DNA of 64,000 bases, taken from contig JAFSWQ010000013.1 of assembly GCA_017444385.1 (NCBI GenBank), forward strand, positions 127,009-191,008. The letters are read 5' to 3'. This stretch comes from Clostridia bacterium. Lineage in GTDB: Bacteria; Bacillota; Clostridia; Christensenellales; CAG-1252. Below the pieces are notes generated by a model. That model was given only the letters and a program-made list of their open reading frames with translations. It did no database searches and was not told the origin of the DNA. This document shows, one piece after another, positions 23,601-38,600 of this stretch. Within the stretch, counting starts at the first letter, position 1. Every line of letters begins with the position of its first letter. The position numbers and the translations under genes were made by a program.

Positions 23601-26600
23601 GAGATATCTCAAGACGAGGACGCTTGGATAGCCGCCTTGTCGGATATCGGTCACTCTATCACCGTTTACACAAAGAACGAGAGCGGCAACGTCGCGACCG
23701 CTTGCGCGAGACTCGGCCACGAATGTAAACAATGGACTTTGTCCGAAGACTTGAACTTCAACCTCAACGCTCAAACCAACGAAGTATCCTTGGAGGGATT
23801 CCGAGAAGACCTCAGCGACGAAGCGGTAGACCTCTACGTAGATCTCGTAATACCCGCCTACGTCAACATTGACGGCGTAGATTATCCCGTCACTTCGATA
23901 GGCAGCTTCGGCGGTAGAAACTTCCGCACCGCGGTTGTTCCCGAAACCGTAAAGATTATAGAGGAAAACACCTTCTATAACTGTACTTCTTTAAGAGAGA
24001 TTGTTTTGTTCGACGGCGTCGAGTCCATCGGCAAATCCGCGTTCTTCGGTACCGACCTCGTGAACGTCTACCTGCCTTCCTCTTTGAAAAACATCGGCAG
24101 CTACGCCTTCCAAAATAACTCCAACCTCGAAGGCGTTACCTTCGCTGGAGATTGTTATCTCGAAAAGGGCGTGTTCAGCGGTTGCAGTTCCGACCTTATG
24201 GTCTACGGCCCCGACGTAGTGGACGACGCTTACACCGACTTACACTACTACTTCGAAACGGTCGCTACCGATATTTCCTTCAACGCTTTCACGCCTATAA
24301 GCTGTTTGCGTTACACGGTTTCTTACGTGGGTACGCCTTACGTTATCATTCAAGGCGTTCGCAACCACGTATGTCAAGGCCACCAAAATATCATTCTTCC
24401 TTCCAAGATAGAAGGTTATCCCGTCAAAGAGATCGCTTCGGGCGCGTTTGCGGGCAATAAAGAAATTAAGACCATCGGCATTCCCGCTTCGGTCACCACG
24501 ATAGGCAGCAACGTCTTTGCGGGTTGCGCGTCGTTAGTCGATATCACCATCGACTCTGCTAACCTCAGGTACAGTTTCCAAGCGATACAAGACGAAGAGA
24601 ACGGCACGCTCTTGTCGGGCGCTCTCTTCAACCGCGACGGTTCCGTTTTGATCAGCTATCTCGCCCTTTCTTCCGCCGAGACCTACACTGTCCCCGCGAG
24701 CGTCAAAGAGATCAAGGATAGCGCTTTCGAAGGCGCGGTGAATTTGAAGAAGGTTGTTTTGGGCGCGAGCCTCGAAACTCTCGGATACGACGTATTCAAG
24801 GGTTGTACCGCGCTTACCGACGTTGAAATGGACGGCAACCTCTACTACGTGTACGACGAAGGTATTATTTACAACTCGGAAAGAAGCAAGATAGTTTACT
24901 ACCTGCCCACCAACGATAAAGAAAGACTTATCGTTCCCGCAGGCGTCGTCGATATAGGCGCGCGCGCGTTCGGCGGCAACACCTATCTCTCTTCGCTCAT
25001 CTTCAAAGGCGACGTAGATTATATTAGAGAAAACGCATTCGCCGATTGTTACAACCTTTACAGCGTTACCGCCGAGGGCGAGTTGGGTTACGTGTTCGAT
25101 TACGCTTTCGCAAACTGCGGCAACCTCGTTTCCTTCTACGTCGAAAAGGACGTGGCATTCTTGTCCGAAAAGACCTTTGAAAACGTTCCCAACGTAGTGG
25201 TTTACAGCCCCGACGGAAGTAACTTGGAATTGTATTGCGAAAATCGTTTCAAGTTCGCCAACTGCGAATCCGCCAATTCCTTCGACGTTGAAGTTTCGGG
25301 CGGCTCGGTCACCGTCACCAACTTGCGTATCCGTTCGGAAAGATCGGATAATCTGCGTATCGTTTTGCCTTCTTACATAAACGGTTACAGAGTGATTTCC
25401 ATAGGCGACAACGCATTCTCTGAATACGGTTTGAGAAAGGTCGCCAAACTCGCGAGCATTTACGTTCCTTCCACCGTCCTTTATATCGGCGAAAGAGCGT
25501 TCTACGATTGTACCGCCCTTTCCAACATATTCTTCGGCGGCGATATCGCGGTAATCAACAACGTATGTCAAGTGGGTAAGGACGCCTTTAAGAACCTTCC
25601 CGACAACGTAAAGATCACCGTCAAAGAGGGAAGCAATATCGAAAAATACTTCAAAGAAAATTATCCCGCCTACTTCGGCGTGATCTACGATTCGGGTATT
25701 TGTATCGAAACTCAAGCTTTGCCCGGCGGCGGCGTAGCCGTTACCGGTCTTTCCGCTCATATCTGCGATAAGAGCCACTCGAGAGTCGCTATTCCCGAGA
25801 CCGTCGATAAGGACGGTTTGAGTCAAAGAGTGGTAGCCATCGCGGCGGAAGCGTTCAAGGGTTCCAAACTCATTTCCATCAACCTGCCCGCAACCGTCAC
25901 CGCTATCGAAGATAGCGCGTTCGCCGATTGTACCCGTTTGACTAACGTTTATATGCCTAGCGTCATAAGCATAGGCAATTACGCGTTCCGTAATTGTTCG
26001 CGTTTGAACACTCTCGCCATCGCGGCGGGATTGGACGCCGTGGGCGAATACGCGTTCGCAGGATGCGATAATCTCGCTACCGTTTACTTCAAGGGCGACT
26101 TCTCAAAGGACGCTCACAGCACGAGCAACACCACCACGTTGAAGAACAACGCTTTCGTCAACCTCGACGACTCGGCGTTAAACGTCACCGTTTACGCGCC
26201 CAGTACCCGTATAGTTACCAAGGGTACCGGCGAATTGCAAGCGGTTCCCACCTACGTTTACGCTTACTTCACCGTGAACGCCCGTCAACCTTATAACTTC
26301 GTCGAATGGCGTACCGACGAGGAAAATCCCAACGGTTATTCCATCGAGATCAAGTCGTTCAACGGTATAGAAGGCGTATATATCAACGGATATAACGATT
26401 CCGCGTTTGCGGAAGAGGATATAAACACCTTGCTCGTCATACCCGCCAAGTATTACGATCTCACGGGTAAGGTCTACGACGTAATCGGTATATCCGACTA
26501 CGCGTTCGACGGCAACACGGCGAGAAACTCGGTGGCGAACGTCAAAGAGATATTCGTAGGCGAAAATATCTACGAGATCGGCAAGAACGCCTTCTCTTAT

Positions 26601-29600
26601 ATGCCTAACCTCAGGAAGATATCCATCGCTCAATCGGTCTATTCGATAGGCGACGGCGCGTTCTTCCATTGTCCCAAACTCACCGAGATCTATTTTGCGG
26701 GGAACGTTGCCGAGTTCGGCGTGAACGTAGTCCGCAATTCTTCCCCCGAACTCAAAGTTTACGGTCCTTCGAGAGGAACCATTTACGATGAATTCGGTAA
26801 ACAAACCTATAACTACGTTAAATACAACACGGTCAGCGATCCCGAGTGCTTCGAGTACACTTACAACGAGCAAGAGGATTACTATACGATAATCGGGCTT
26901 AAATCTCACTACTGCGCTTTAGGCCACGTCAGTATCGTATTGCCCGCCTACTACAAAGGCTCGCCCGTCAAGGTAATATCCGCCTCCGCATTCAACGACG
27001 AGGAAGAGATCTACTCGTTGAAGATTTCCTCGACCATCGCGAAGATCTATCCCGGCGCGTTCGCGGGTTGCTCTAAACTTAACGCGATATCGGTTGACGA
27101 CGCGAACGAGTACTACACCTTCGTGGACGGCGTTTTGACCGATAAGAAGACTAAATCCATATTGTACATTTGCTTGGCGAATACGGTTTCTTACGATATT
27201 CCCGAGAGCATTAAGGTAATCAAGAAGGGCGCGTTCGACGGCTCGGTGGTACAAAACCTCGGTCTTAACGCGGTCGTTCAAACCATCGAATCGGGCGCTT
27301 TGAGCGGCGCGAAGAACTTGAAGAGCATTGCGGGACTCTCGCATAACACGAGCTTCTACTTCGACGGCAGAGCCTTGTACGGCAAGAAAGCCGACTCGGT
27401 TTCCACCTTGTTGCTCTACATCTTCAATTCGTCCATGCCTTCTTATACCGTACCCGCTTCCGTCGACTACGTAGCCGAAGGCGCGTTCGAGAACGCTTTG
27501 AACTTGCGTCAAATCACCTTCTTGGCGGACGCCGAGTTCGCGGATAACGTCTTCGTGGGCGTTTCCGACGAGTTGACAGTGTACGGCAATTCGAGTTGCT
27601 ACAACGTGCAGTACACCTGTATAAGAGAGAACGTTCTCTATCATCGCACGCTTACCGACGATTCCTTCGACGTGGTACCCACCGAAGACGGTACTTTGCA
27701 GGTCAACGGCTTCGCAGTTACCGCGACGATAACCGAAAGCGTGGTTTACCTGCCCGCTTACATTAACGACGTATTGGTCACCAATATCGCCGCTAACGCG
27801 TTCACGGGTTACGTGGAAGGGTTGGTGGGTATGGTGCTTCCCGATAGTATCCTCGTCATTGGCGAAAGAGCCTTCTACGCTACCAATATGAGCAGTATCT
27901 CGGTAGGCGCGGGCGTCGCCGTACTCGGCAACGAGGCGTTTGAAAGCGTTTCGTTGAGAGAGATATTCTTCAGAGGCGATATCTCGCTCTATCAAGGATT
28001 CCTCGCCGATCACACCACCGAGGAAAATCAAAAGGTCGAGGTCTACTATTCTTCCGAGTATTCCGACCTCGCCGCTTACTTCACCGACGAGTATCTCGCT
28101 TCGGTCGCTCCTTTCGTCAAGGTGAGAGACGTTTCCGCATACACCGATGATATGTTGAGAGCGACCTGCTTCGAGTTCGTTCTCGAAGGCGGCGTTTATA
28201 AGATAGCGGGATTGAAGACTCACGCTTGTTCCTTCAACCACGCCGATCTCGTCATCCCCGACTTCTACTACGTGCAAAACGCGGACGGCGACTTCGTCTT
28301 GCAAGAAGACGGCTACGCTAAACAAAGACTTACCGAGATAGCCGACGGCGCGTTCGCTCATAATAAAGATATCTATCGTCTAACCTTGCCCGCGTCCATT
28401 TCGGTCATCGGTACGGGCGCGATTTCCGACTGCGAGAACCTCACCGAGATCATTCCCGCCGAAGGTTCGGTATTCGTATTCGATAGATTGTATTCCACTT
28501 TGAGAGTGAGGGATTATTCCGAACTCTATTCGGAAGGCGCGGAATTCGATACGCTGACTCTCGTTGCCGAATTGGATTATAAGGTCGTCGAATTCGAACG
28601 CGTTATCAACGAAAACGCGATAGAAACGATAGGTTTACGCTTACCTCGCGATATCTTCAAAGGACTATCCGCCGGTAACCATACCTTGACGATGTACGAC
28701 GCTACGGGTAGAAGCATAGGCGTATTCGTCGTCAATACGATTAGGAATACCGTACTTTACAACGATTATAACGAAGCGATAGAGTTCTACGACAACTTCG
28801 CTATCCTCACCCATTCGTACGCGCAATTCGACTTCCGCGCTATTAAGAAAGTCGTGTTAAGCGCGAAGGTCGACTTCGAGACCACCGATAAGGGCTTCAA
28901 GATCTCCGCCGCGCTACTCGGCGCCGTGAAGAAAGGTTCGCATTCGCTCATCGCCGCTTACGATCTTAACGGCGAAGAGGGCGAGCTTGCTCTTACCTTG
29001 AATTACAAGCAAGACGAGTGGTATCTGTTAGGCGACGAAGACGAACAGGTCGTCACCTATAAGGAAGGCGTTTTGTATAAATTCATAAAGAAAGCGAGCG
29101 TTTGGGCGGACGAGCAAATAAGCGTTCTCGATAGCCTCGTGGTCTACGTTTCGGTCAACCAAGACAACAGCTTCGAAATACCCGACACCGTTACCAAGGT
29201 AGAGGACGGCGCGTTCTACGGCGTCAAGGCTTTGACCGACGTCACGATAGGCGAAAAGGTCGCCGAGATAGGCGCGAACGTCTTTGCTAAATCCGTCAAT
29301 ATCACGGCGTTCTACGTCCACGAAAACAACGAATACTTCTTCACGGATAAGTTTAACGCGCTCTACCGTTACAATACGGGCAAAGAAACCGCGACCTTCA
29401 TCGCTTATCCCCCCGCGAGAAGCGGTCAAAACCACTGGTTAGGCGTCGACGTACCCGTTACCGAAATTGCGGGCGGCGCGTACGTATCCGCGAAGTGGTT
29501 GACGAGCGTCTACGTAGAGAGTTACGTCGAGGCGGTGGAAGACAAGGGCATAACCCTCTTCGAAGGCGCGAACAGTTTGAACGCCGAATACGGTCTCAAC

Positions 29601-32600
29601 GTTTATATGCCTATCCGCGGCGATAATACCCCGGACGGCTTCGTCAAGAGCGAAACCGCTCTCGAAACCTACGTTTCCGCGCTTAAAGCGGAGGGCACGA
29701 ACGTCAACCTCATCTTACATACGCATAAAGAGTGCTTCATTTACGACGATACGGGTAGAACAATCGTCGGCGTTAAGGATCACGACTGTAACTGCGACCA
29801 TTCCAATTTGGTGATACCCATCTTCGCTTACGGCAAAGAGGTCACCGCTTTGGGCGAATACGCGTTCAGAGGGGACGCGGAATTGAATACCGTCGAATTC
29901 CTCAATAAGAATTCCAGCTTCGAATTGAAGCCCGCGGCGTTTGCGGATTGCGACAACCTCGCTTCCGTCAAGATACCCGCTTCCACCGGTTACGTATTCG
30001 ACTCGGGTATGATCTTCAAGGACGATACGCTCTACGCGGTATTGTCTTCGGTAGATTACCTCGAAATAAGACTTGAAGACACTTTTGCGACTATCGCCGT
30101 TAACTACGACGTCGACAACGGCGCGGGCGATATCGAAACCGACGAAGAGCCCGAACTCGACAACGACGAGTCAAGCGATACGGTAGGCGTCGCCATCGAC
30201 ACCATTTACAGCCAAGGCAAAGACGTCAAGATCGCTTACGTCTACAACGTCAAGAGCGTCGAGCAAGGCGCGTTCTTCGGTAACGACAACGTTAAGATCA
30301 TAGGGCTCTCCGCGAGCGTTTCCTCTATTGGCGACGGCGCGTTCAGCTACTGTACTTCCTTGAAGAGCCTTGAAATATCCAACGAAAATCTCAACTACTA
30401 CTTCGAGGACGGCGTGCTGCTCAACTACACGAAGTCCATTCTTCACACCGTGCTTTACAACTACGCCGTCGATATGACGGATAGCCTCTACGGCGTGGAT
30501 AACGGCAGCAGCGTGAGAACCGAGAACGTGGTCGAGATAAGACCTCGCGCAATGGAAGGCGTAAATATCGCGCGTATCAAATTGCCTTTGAGCCTCGACA
30601 TAATAGGCGACAGGGCGTTCGCGGAAATGCCTTACCTCACTCATATCTACTTCGAATCCGAAGTTAAGGATATCTCGTTAGACGCGGATATCTTAGGTCT
30701 TACCTACTTCACCGAAGAAGAGCAAGCCGCTTTCGGCGAGAGAAAGATAACCGCTTTCGGTCCTTGCGGCAACGATCCCGAGAGCAAGTCCTCTTTAGAG
30801 GATAAATACAGTATTATACATAGATACTTTATCAATAAATACTTCGGCGAATTGCCCGAAGAAAGCGTAATGCTCGAAGACTTCGAGTGGTACACCTCGA
30901 ATATCTCGCTTTCCGCTGTTTACAAACCCTGGACGAGTTACACCAAGTTCGACTACGACCTTGTGAAAGCGAAGGACGAGAACGACGAGAACACCGCGTA
31001 CATCGTGGGTTACAACGTACCCAAGGGCGCGTCCACTCTCGACGCAGGCTCGGACGAGATAGTTTTGCCTATGTACACCGAAGTCGCCGACGAAGAGGGC
31101 AACGTCGAGAAGTATCGTATAGTCGGTATCAAAGAAAACGCTTTGGGCTACCATACCGAAATCATGTCGATGACGATCTTATACAACGTCGTCACCGTGG
31201 AAGACGGATTTATGAAGGGTAGCTCCAACGTCGAAGAACTTATCGTAATGGATAACGATACCTACGTCGTAAGAAGAGGCGACTCCATAAACGGCGTAAT
31301 GTTCACCAAGGATTACAAGAAGTTGGTGGTTTACCTGCCCACTTCCGACCTCGGCACCTACGAAATACCTCAAGGCGTAGTTGAAGTCGCGAGGGCTGCG
31401 TTCGCCTTCTCGAAGAACCTCACCACCGTAGTAATACCCAGAACGGTAGAATACATCGGCTCGGCGGCGTTCTCGACCTGCTTGAACCTCACCAACTTCA
31501 CCTCTAACTCGCCTTACTATTCGTTCAGTTATTCCGCGTTGTACGGCAATAACGGAACTCTCTTGCATACTTATCTCGCTTCCGGTAGAGGTACTTCGGG
31601 TATGAACGGCGTTTACGTCATTCCCGAAATAGTCACCGAGATCAACGAATACGCGTTCGAGGGTAACAAGTGGTTGTCTTCTATTAGAATACCCGAATAT
31701 CCCACCGACGACGGTCTTACTTCGGTCAACTATATCGGCAAGAACGCGTTCGCCAATATGAATTCTCTCAAAGAGATATTCTTCGAGGGCTACACCGACG
31801 TCAATAAGGCGAAAGAGATAAGCCCCGACGACGTTCTTTCCTTCGATCTCGCTTCGGGCGAGGGCGAAGAAGCCATCAATATCAAGGTGGAAATAAGAGA
31901 CGCGAGAACGAGTTTCGCGTATGCGGAAGACTTCGATATCGGCGAATTGATATTCACCGTAATTTCCGACGAGGGCGAAACGCAGGTATTCGACAAGCAA
32001 TTCGGCGACGATAACTACTACGAATACACCACCGTCGGCACGATGAACGTTTTAGGCGACGACGGCGCGATGACTATGAAAGAAGTCGATTACAACAAGT
32101 GGATAGAGGGCGAGTATCCCGTATTCGTCACCTTGGTCTACGACGGCGCGACCTACGAATTCACCTATAACGTGAAAGTGGAACCCATCACCGACGTATT
32201 CGGCGGCACCGTAGTCAACAAAGTTATAACCGTTTACTCTCCCGCCGACTCTCTCTTGTATCATCAAGTTTACGACAAGGCGAACGTCAACTACGTCGCT
32301 TATACGCCTAAGACCGCTTTGGAATACTCGGTATCTTCGGGTGGCGCGATATCCAGCTACGTTATCGTCGAAGGCTTCTCCAAGGACGCCGCGAGCGTAC
32401 TCGGCAAAGAAGACTATCGTAACGGCGAAATGACGACGGTAGGCGATATCGCAACCTTGATTATCCCTTCGTATATCGAGAATAAGAAGGTCACCGAGAT
32501 CGCTAAAAACGCGTTCTATTCCACCGACGAAGCGATAGAAAAGGCGCGCGCTATCATACCCGACGAGACCGAATTCAATCTCGAAACGGTAGAATTGTAC

Positions 32601-35600
32601 GTATCCGCTTTGAATAACGTAGAGCTTTACGCTCTCGACGCGAGAAAGGCGATCCTTAACTCCGCTATCGTGAACTTCACCTCTCTCGACAACCTCGTCA
32701 CCATCGGCGAAGGCGCGTTCGAGAACGCAGACAGGCTGGAAAATATCACGTTGAGCAAGACCGTCCTCGACATAGGCGCGGGCGCGTTCACTTACGCTTA
32801 CGCCGTAAAGACCGTAAATATCGACGCTAACAACAATTCGTATATGATGGAAGGCGCGGTACTCTACGAAAGCAAGGGCAAGGTATTGCACACCGCATTC
32901 AATTCCCTCTTCGAAGAATTCTTCTTCGAGACCGAACTTCCCGTCGCTACCATCAAGGCGAGAGCGTTCGAGGGTGTGGACGCTTTGAGTTATCTCACCG
33001 TACCCGTCACCATTTCGGGCGCGGAAGACGCCATCGGCGAAAGAGCGTTCAAGAATATGACCAACCTCGAAGAGATCTATATAACCAAGAACTTCGCTCT
33101 CCCCGATAACGCGTTCGACGGTTGTATGGTGGGCTTCGTGATCTACTCGCCTAAGGGCGACGCATTGAAGGCTTACTGCAACAAGCATAAGTATCTGTAC
33201 GTCGAATGGAATCCCAAGGAATGCTTCGAGATAGAGTACGTCAACTCCACGAGCGTAGCCATCGTAGGTCTTTCCGGCCACGCGGATTGCGACAGCTCGC
33301 ACACCGACATAGTTATTCCTATGTACGTCGACAGTTATAAGGTCACGCAAATAGGTAACGGCAAGCCGGTATTCTCCACTATGACCGAATCGGTCAACTC
33401 GGTAACCATTCCCACCAGCGTCAAGACAATAAAGGCTAACGCGTTTAACGGTTGCATAGGTCTTACCTATATGTATATACCTTACAGCGTCGAAGAGATA
33501 GGCGACAACGCGTTCACCGCTTGTACGTCTATGACCGAGATGGTATTCATCGACGACGTTGCGACCTTTGGCAGCAACGTATTCAACAGCGTAAGCGCGA
33601 ACCTCATCGTTTACTACGCGCCCACCCGCACCAAAGGCTCGGGCAAGGTAGTCAAGTATTGCGCGGAAGCGGGCATTTCCGTAAACGCCGGCACGCCTTC
33701 CACTTGCTTCAACGTAAGCGAAGTTATAATGGACGGCATAACGGGTTACAGAATAGACTCGTTGAAGACCCACAAGTGCGGCTTCACCCATAAGACCGTA
33801 GTAGTACCCGACTATATCAAAGGTAAGAAGGTATTGAGATTTGCGGACGGCGCGTTCAAGAACGTCAACGAACTTACGTCCATAAGCGTTCCCAAGTACG
33901 TGCAAAACGTCGGTATCGGCACCTTCAACGGTTGTAAGAATCTCGCCCAAGTCACCGTAGACGGCGGAAACGAGAATATCGTATTCGAGAGCGGCGCGTT
34001 CTATACCAAGGATAGAAAGACCTTGCTTCTCTGCGTATCTTCGGTAGCGGGTGAAGAAATAGTCTTCCTCGAATCCACTTATAGAGTCGCTTCGGGCGCG
34101 TTCGAAGGCGCGACCGTCGCTTCCATAACTTTGAACGCTTCCTTGTTCAGTATCGACAACGGCGCGTTCGCAAGTTGTTCTAACCTCACCACCATAAACG
34201 TACCCGACGGCGCGACCTACTTCGCTTCGGTTGACGGCGTGCTTTACAACTCGGCTAAATCCCGCCTCGTCGTATATCCTTCGGGTAGAACGGCGGTAAG
34301 CTTCACCGTACCCGACGGCGTTATCGTCATCGCTCCTTACGCCTTCGCGGGCGCGAAGAACCTTGAAAGCGTCACCATCGACGCGGAGATCAAGACGATA
34401 AGCTCCAACGCGTTCGCAGATTGTTCGTCCTTGTACGATATCCAAGTGCTCGGCGACCTGCAAGCCATCGGCTCGGACGCTTTCGTCGGCACGAAAGAAG
34501 GTCTCCTCGTAACGAGTATCTACAACGGCAACGCTTTGGAATACTACTGTATCGAGAACGATCACAACTTCCGCAAGTCCAATCCTCTCTCGTACTTCAA
34601 GACCAGCACCGAGAATATGCCCGTGGGCGAAGTCGCCATCACGGGCTGGAACGACGTCGCGAGTATGAACGACGTTACCGACGTAGTGATTCCTATGTAC
34701 GTCGACGGGCTCAAAGTGACCGTCATCGCGGCTAACGCGTTTAGATACAACCACGTTATCAGAACGCTCGTCGTACCCGATACCGTCACGAGCATCGGCG
34801 TCGCTTCATTCGCGGGGGCGGAAAACCTGCGCAGCGTACTCTTCGGTAAGAACGTAGCCGACATACACGTCAACGCGTTCAATCAATGTACCGAATTGAA
34901 CAGTATGTACTTCATGAGCGAGAGCGTCACCATCTATAACAACGCGTTCAAGGGTATGGATATCCCGAACGCCGAAGTTTACGTCGACGCTTTGTCTCGC
35001 GGTTACGAGAGAGTCGCGGATATTCCCGTTTACTCTTCCTTGCGTTCGTTAGGCTTCACCGTAGACGATATCAAGTATTCGTCCTGCTTCACCTATTCGG
35101 CGGTAAACGGCGACGGTCTCATCGTTACGGGGCTCAAAGATCACGTCTGCCCCGTCAACCACAACAACGTGGAAATACCCGACGTCATAGTATCTTCCAA
35201 CGGTTCCATCCGTTACGTAATCGCTATCCAACAAAACGCTTTCGCGGATAACGAGAGCCTCGTTCGTATCGTAGTACCCGAAGGTATCACCGATATTGGC
35301 GACGGCGCGTTCTCGGGTTGCACCAACCTGCACGAAATAGTGCTTGAAAACAATAAGTTCTACACGTTTGAAAACGGCGCGCTTTACAACAGCAAGAAGA
35401 CGGTGCTTCACACTTACCTCGCGTCCAACAGCGCGTTGACGCTCACCATTCCTTCCACCGTTTTGAAACTCAACGACAGCGCCTTCAAGAACGCGGTCAA
35501 CCTCACCAGCATAACCTTCAATAAGGACGTGCAAGTGGGCGAACACGTGTTCGACGGCTTGTCCCGTAACGTTATCATCTTCGGACCCGAAAAGGACGGC

Positions 35601-38600
35601 GATTATTACACCAACCTCTACGTTGCGTTCGTGGAAGAATATCTCGATTACACTTCTAAAGTCACCGACGGAGACAAAGTCACCGAGTACGTTCTTGCGA
35701 TAACCAATACCAAGAGCGTTTACACTTCCAAGACCTTCCAAGATCCCAAGAGCGATTACAACGACTTCAAGTACGTCATTCAAGACGACGACACTTTGAA
35801 GATAATCGCTTACACGCCCGCCGAGAAGCCCAAGAAGATAATCATACCTCAATATATCATCGACCGTAAGGTCACCGCTATCGCTACCGAAGCGTTCAAA
35901 GGTCAGGATAGAGCGGATACCATCATACTTCCCGACGGTCTCGTCACCATAGAAAGTATGGCGTTCGCGGATTGCAGTTCTCTCGAGAGAATAGTATTCC
36001 CGTCGAGCGTCCAAAACATCGGCGACGACGCGTTCAACGGCTGTACCGGTCTTTACGAAGCGTACTTCGTTTCGGATATCGCTTTGCTCGGCGAGAACGT
36101 ATTCGCCAACACCTACGCTGACGACGGCTACACGATATCCGTCTTCGGAACTAAGTACAGTTACCTCGAAAGCTGCTTCGACGCGTCCCTATACAACAAC
36201 GCGACCTCGTTCAACTGCTTCGAGTACGAATTCCTCACCAACGATTCGGTCATCATAACCGGTCTCAAAGATCATAACTGCAACGGCAACCACGATAACG
36301 TGATCATACCCAATACGATAGGCGGCGCGAGAGTGGAAAAGCTTGCGAGCGGTTTGTTGAGAAACAACTCCACCGTTACCTCGATCAAGCTTCCCGAATA
36401 CCTCGTCGCCATCAACGAACACGCGTTCGACGGTTGCAACAACCTGCAATCCATCTACATTCCTTCGAGCGTCACTTCGATAGGCAGCTACGCGTTCTAC
36501 AACTGCGTCGCTCTCGAAGGCGTAGTCCTTCCCAATATCACCGAGATAGGCAAGTACGCCTTCGCGAATTGTCACACCTTGACGACCTTCATCCTTCCCG
36601 AGACCGTCAAGTCTCTGGTATCGGCGGAAGGCTTGTTCAAGAACTGTTACAACCTGACTCAAATCAGATTGCCTAAGACCTTGAAAGAATTGCCCGACAG
36701 CTTCTTCGAGAACACCACTTCGTTGACCTCTATCCTCTACTTCAACGTAGTACACGTCAACGGCTTACCTCCCGAAATAAGAAGTTTGGGCGCTAAGTGC
36801 TTCGCCAATTCCAAGTATCCCGAAGTGGGTAGTATGAGCCTTAACTCTCTGCCTTTGACCTCTTTGGGCGACAAGTGCTTCGCGGATACCGGATTACCCG
36901 ATTTCGATATCTCGGATATCGTTTCCTTGGGTAGAGGCGTATTCAGTAACTGTCACAGCTTGCAACTCTCGGGCGAAAACGAAGAGTACCTCTACGACGA
37001 GACCGATCATATCTTGTACGAGAAAGTCAAGACTCCTCCCGTCGCGGCTTCCATGGAAGAAGCGCAATCCCTCGTTCAAGAGATCCCCGCTTACGATTCC
37101 ATGATGCCCGAGACCACTCTCGTTCAAGTGAACGGAAGCAACGTCTATATGGTATCTCTCGGCGGCACCGACCTCTACAAGCATAGAGACGGCGACAGCG
37201 TTTATAAAGAGAGATTCAATATCGCGATGGTGACCTCTTCGGCGAGAGTTACGTTCATCAGCGGCACTTACGTATCCGAAGCGATGCCCGTGGATCACGT
37301 CATCGTCACGAACAAGACGGATTACAACAACTACGCGTTCTATATCAATCCCGATAGACTCAACTCTCTGCCCGCGGGTATCTTCACCATGAAGGTATCT
37401 TACGATTACACCTGCGAAGTGGATAGAGACGACGGTTGGACGTGGTTGTTAGGCCGCGATAAACCCACTTATAGCGAATTCGTCAATATCGACGAAAGCA
37501 AGACCATCGTCAAGGGCGAGATAACTTCCGCTCGTATCACCTACGTTCCCGGTTCCGCCGACGCTGAAGAGGGCGGCGGCGAAGGCGGCGAAGGCGGCGA
37601 AGGCGGCGGCGAGGGCGAAAGCGAAGCCGAAACCCCGCAAACCGAGGAATACATCTTTACCAAGAAGGAGGGCGAACCCAGATTCGAGGAATACTTCTCG
37701 ATCAACGACAAGACGGGTTACGTCACCATGATAAAGACTCTCGAAGACCTCGAAATCACGGGTATCAGCGAATTCACGCTTACCTTCTCGACCACGGCGG
37801 GCGGCCCTTACGAAGTAGTGTTCAAATACGATTCCGACGTAAGAGTTATTACCGTAAAAGTGGCGATACACACCGTACCCGCTTCCACGAGCGCGGAAAC
37901 CATCAATCCTTCGAGTTCCTTCAACTTCTACCGCGACGGCAACGACTACTACTACAACAATATAAAAGTGGATATGAAGGACGGCGTTGTTTACAACAAC
38001 GAACTCTACAACGCCATCAAGTTACTCAACGAGGAAGATATTTACGTAGTGGACGGCGTGAGCGCGATCAGATCCTTCGCGTTCGAAGGCTGTTCGGAAA
38101 TCAGCAGATTGGTCGTTTCTTCGAGCATAAAGACCATCGAAGAGGGCGCGTTCATCAACGTCACCAATTTGAGCGAGGTCGGTATCTCGGGCAATAACAA
38201 GTTCTACATACTCAATCTCGACCACAACGATCCTCAATACGCTTACGCGGGCGGCGCGATCTTGCAACGCAACGTAGACGCGAACGGCGAACCCGTCAAC
38301 GACGTTAACGGCAAACCCGCTTATACGCTCGTTTCCTATCTTGCGACCAACACCGCGGAAGAGTTCACCGTACCCACCTCTATCGTCAACTACGATACGG
38401 GCGTCGTGACCCCCATCCATATCACCTCGATAGGCAACTACGCGTTCGCGTACAACGAAGTGATCAAGGTGGTCAACCTCACCGACGTCGAACGTATAGG
38501 CGATTACGCGTTCGCTAACTGTAAGAATATCAAATACGTCAACGTTCCTTCGGGCTGCTACTACATCGGCGAACACGCTTTCGACGGTTGCTCGCTCACG

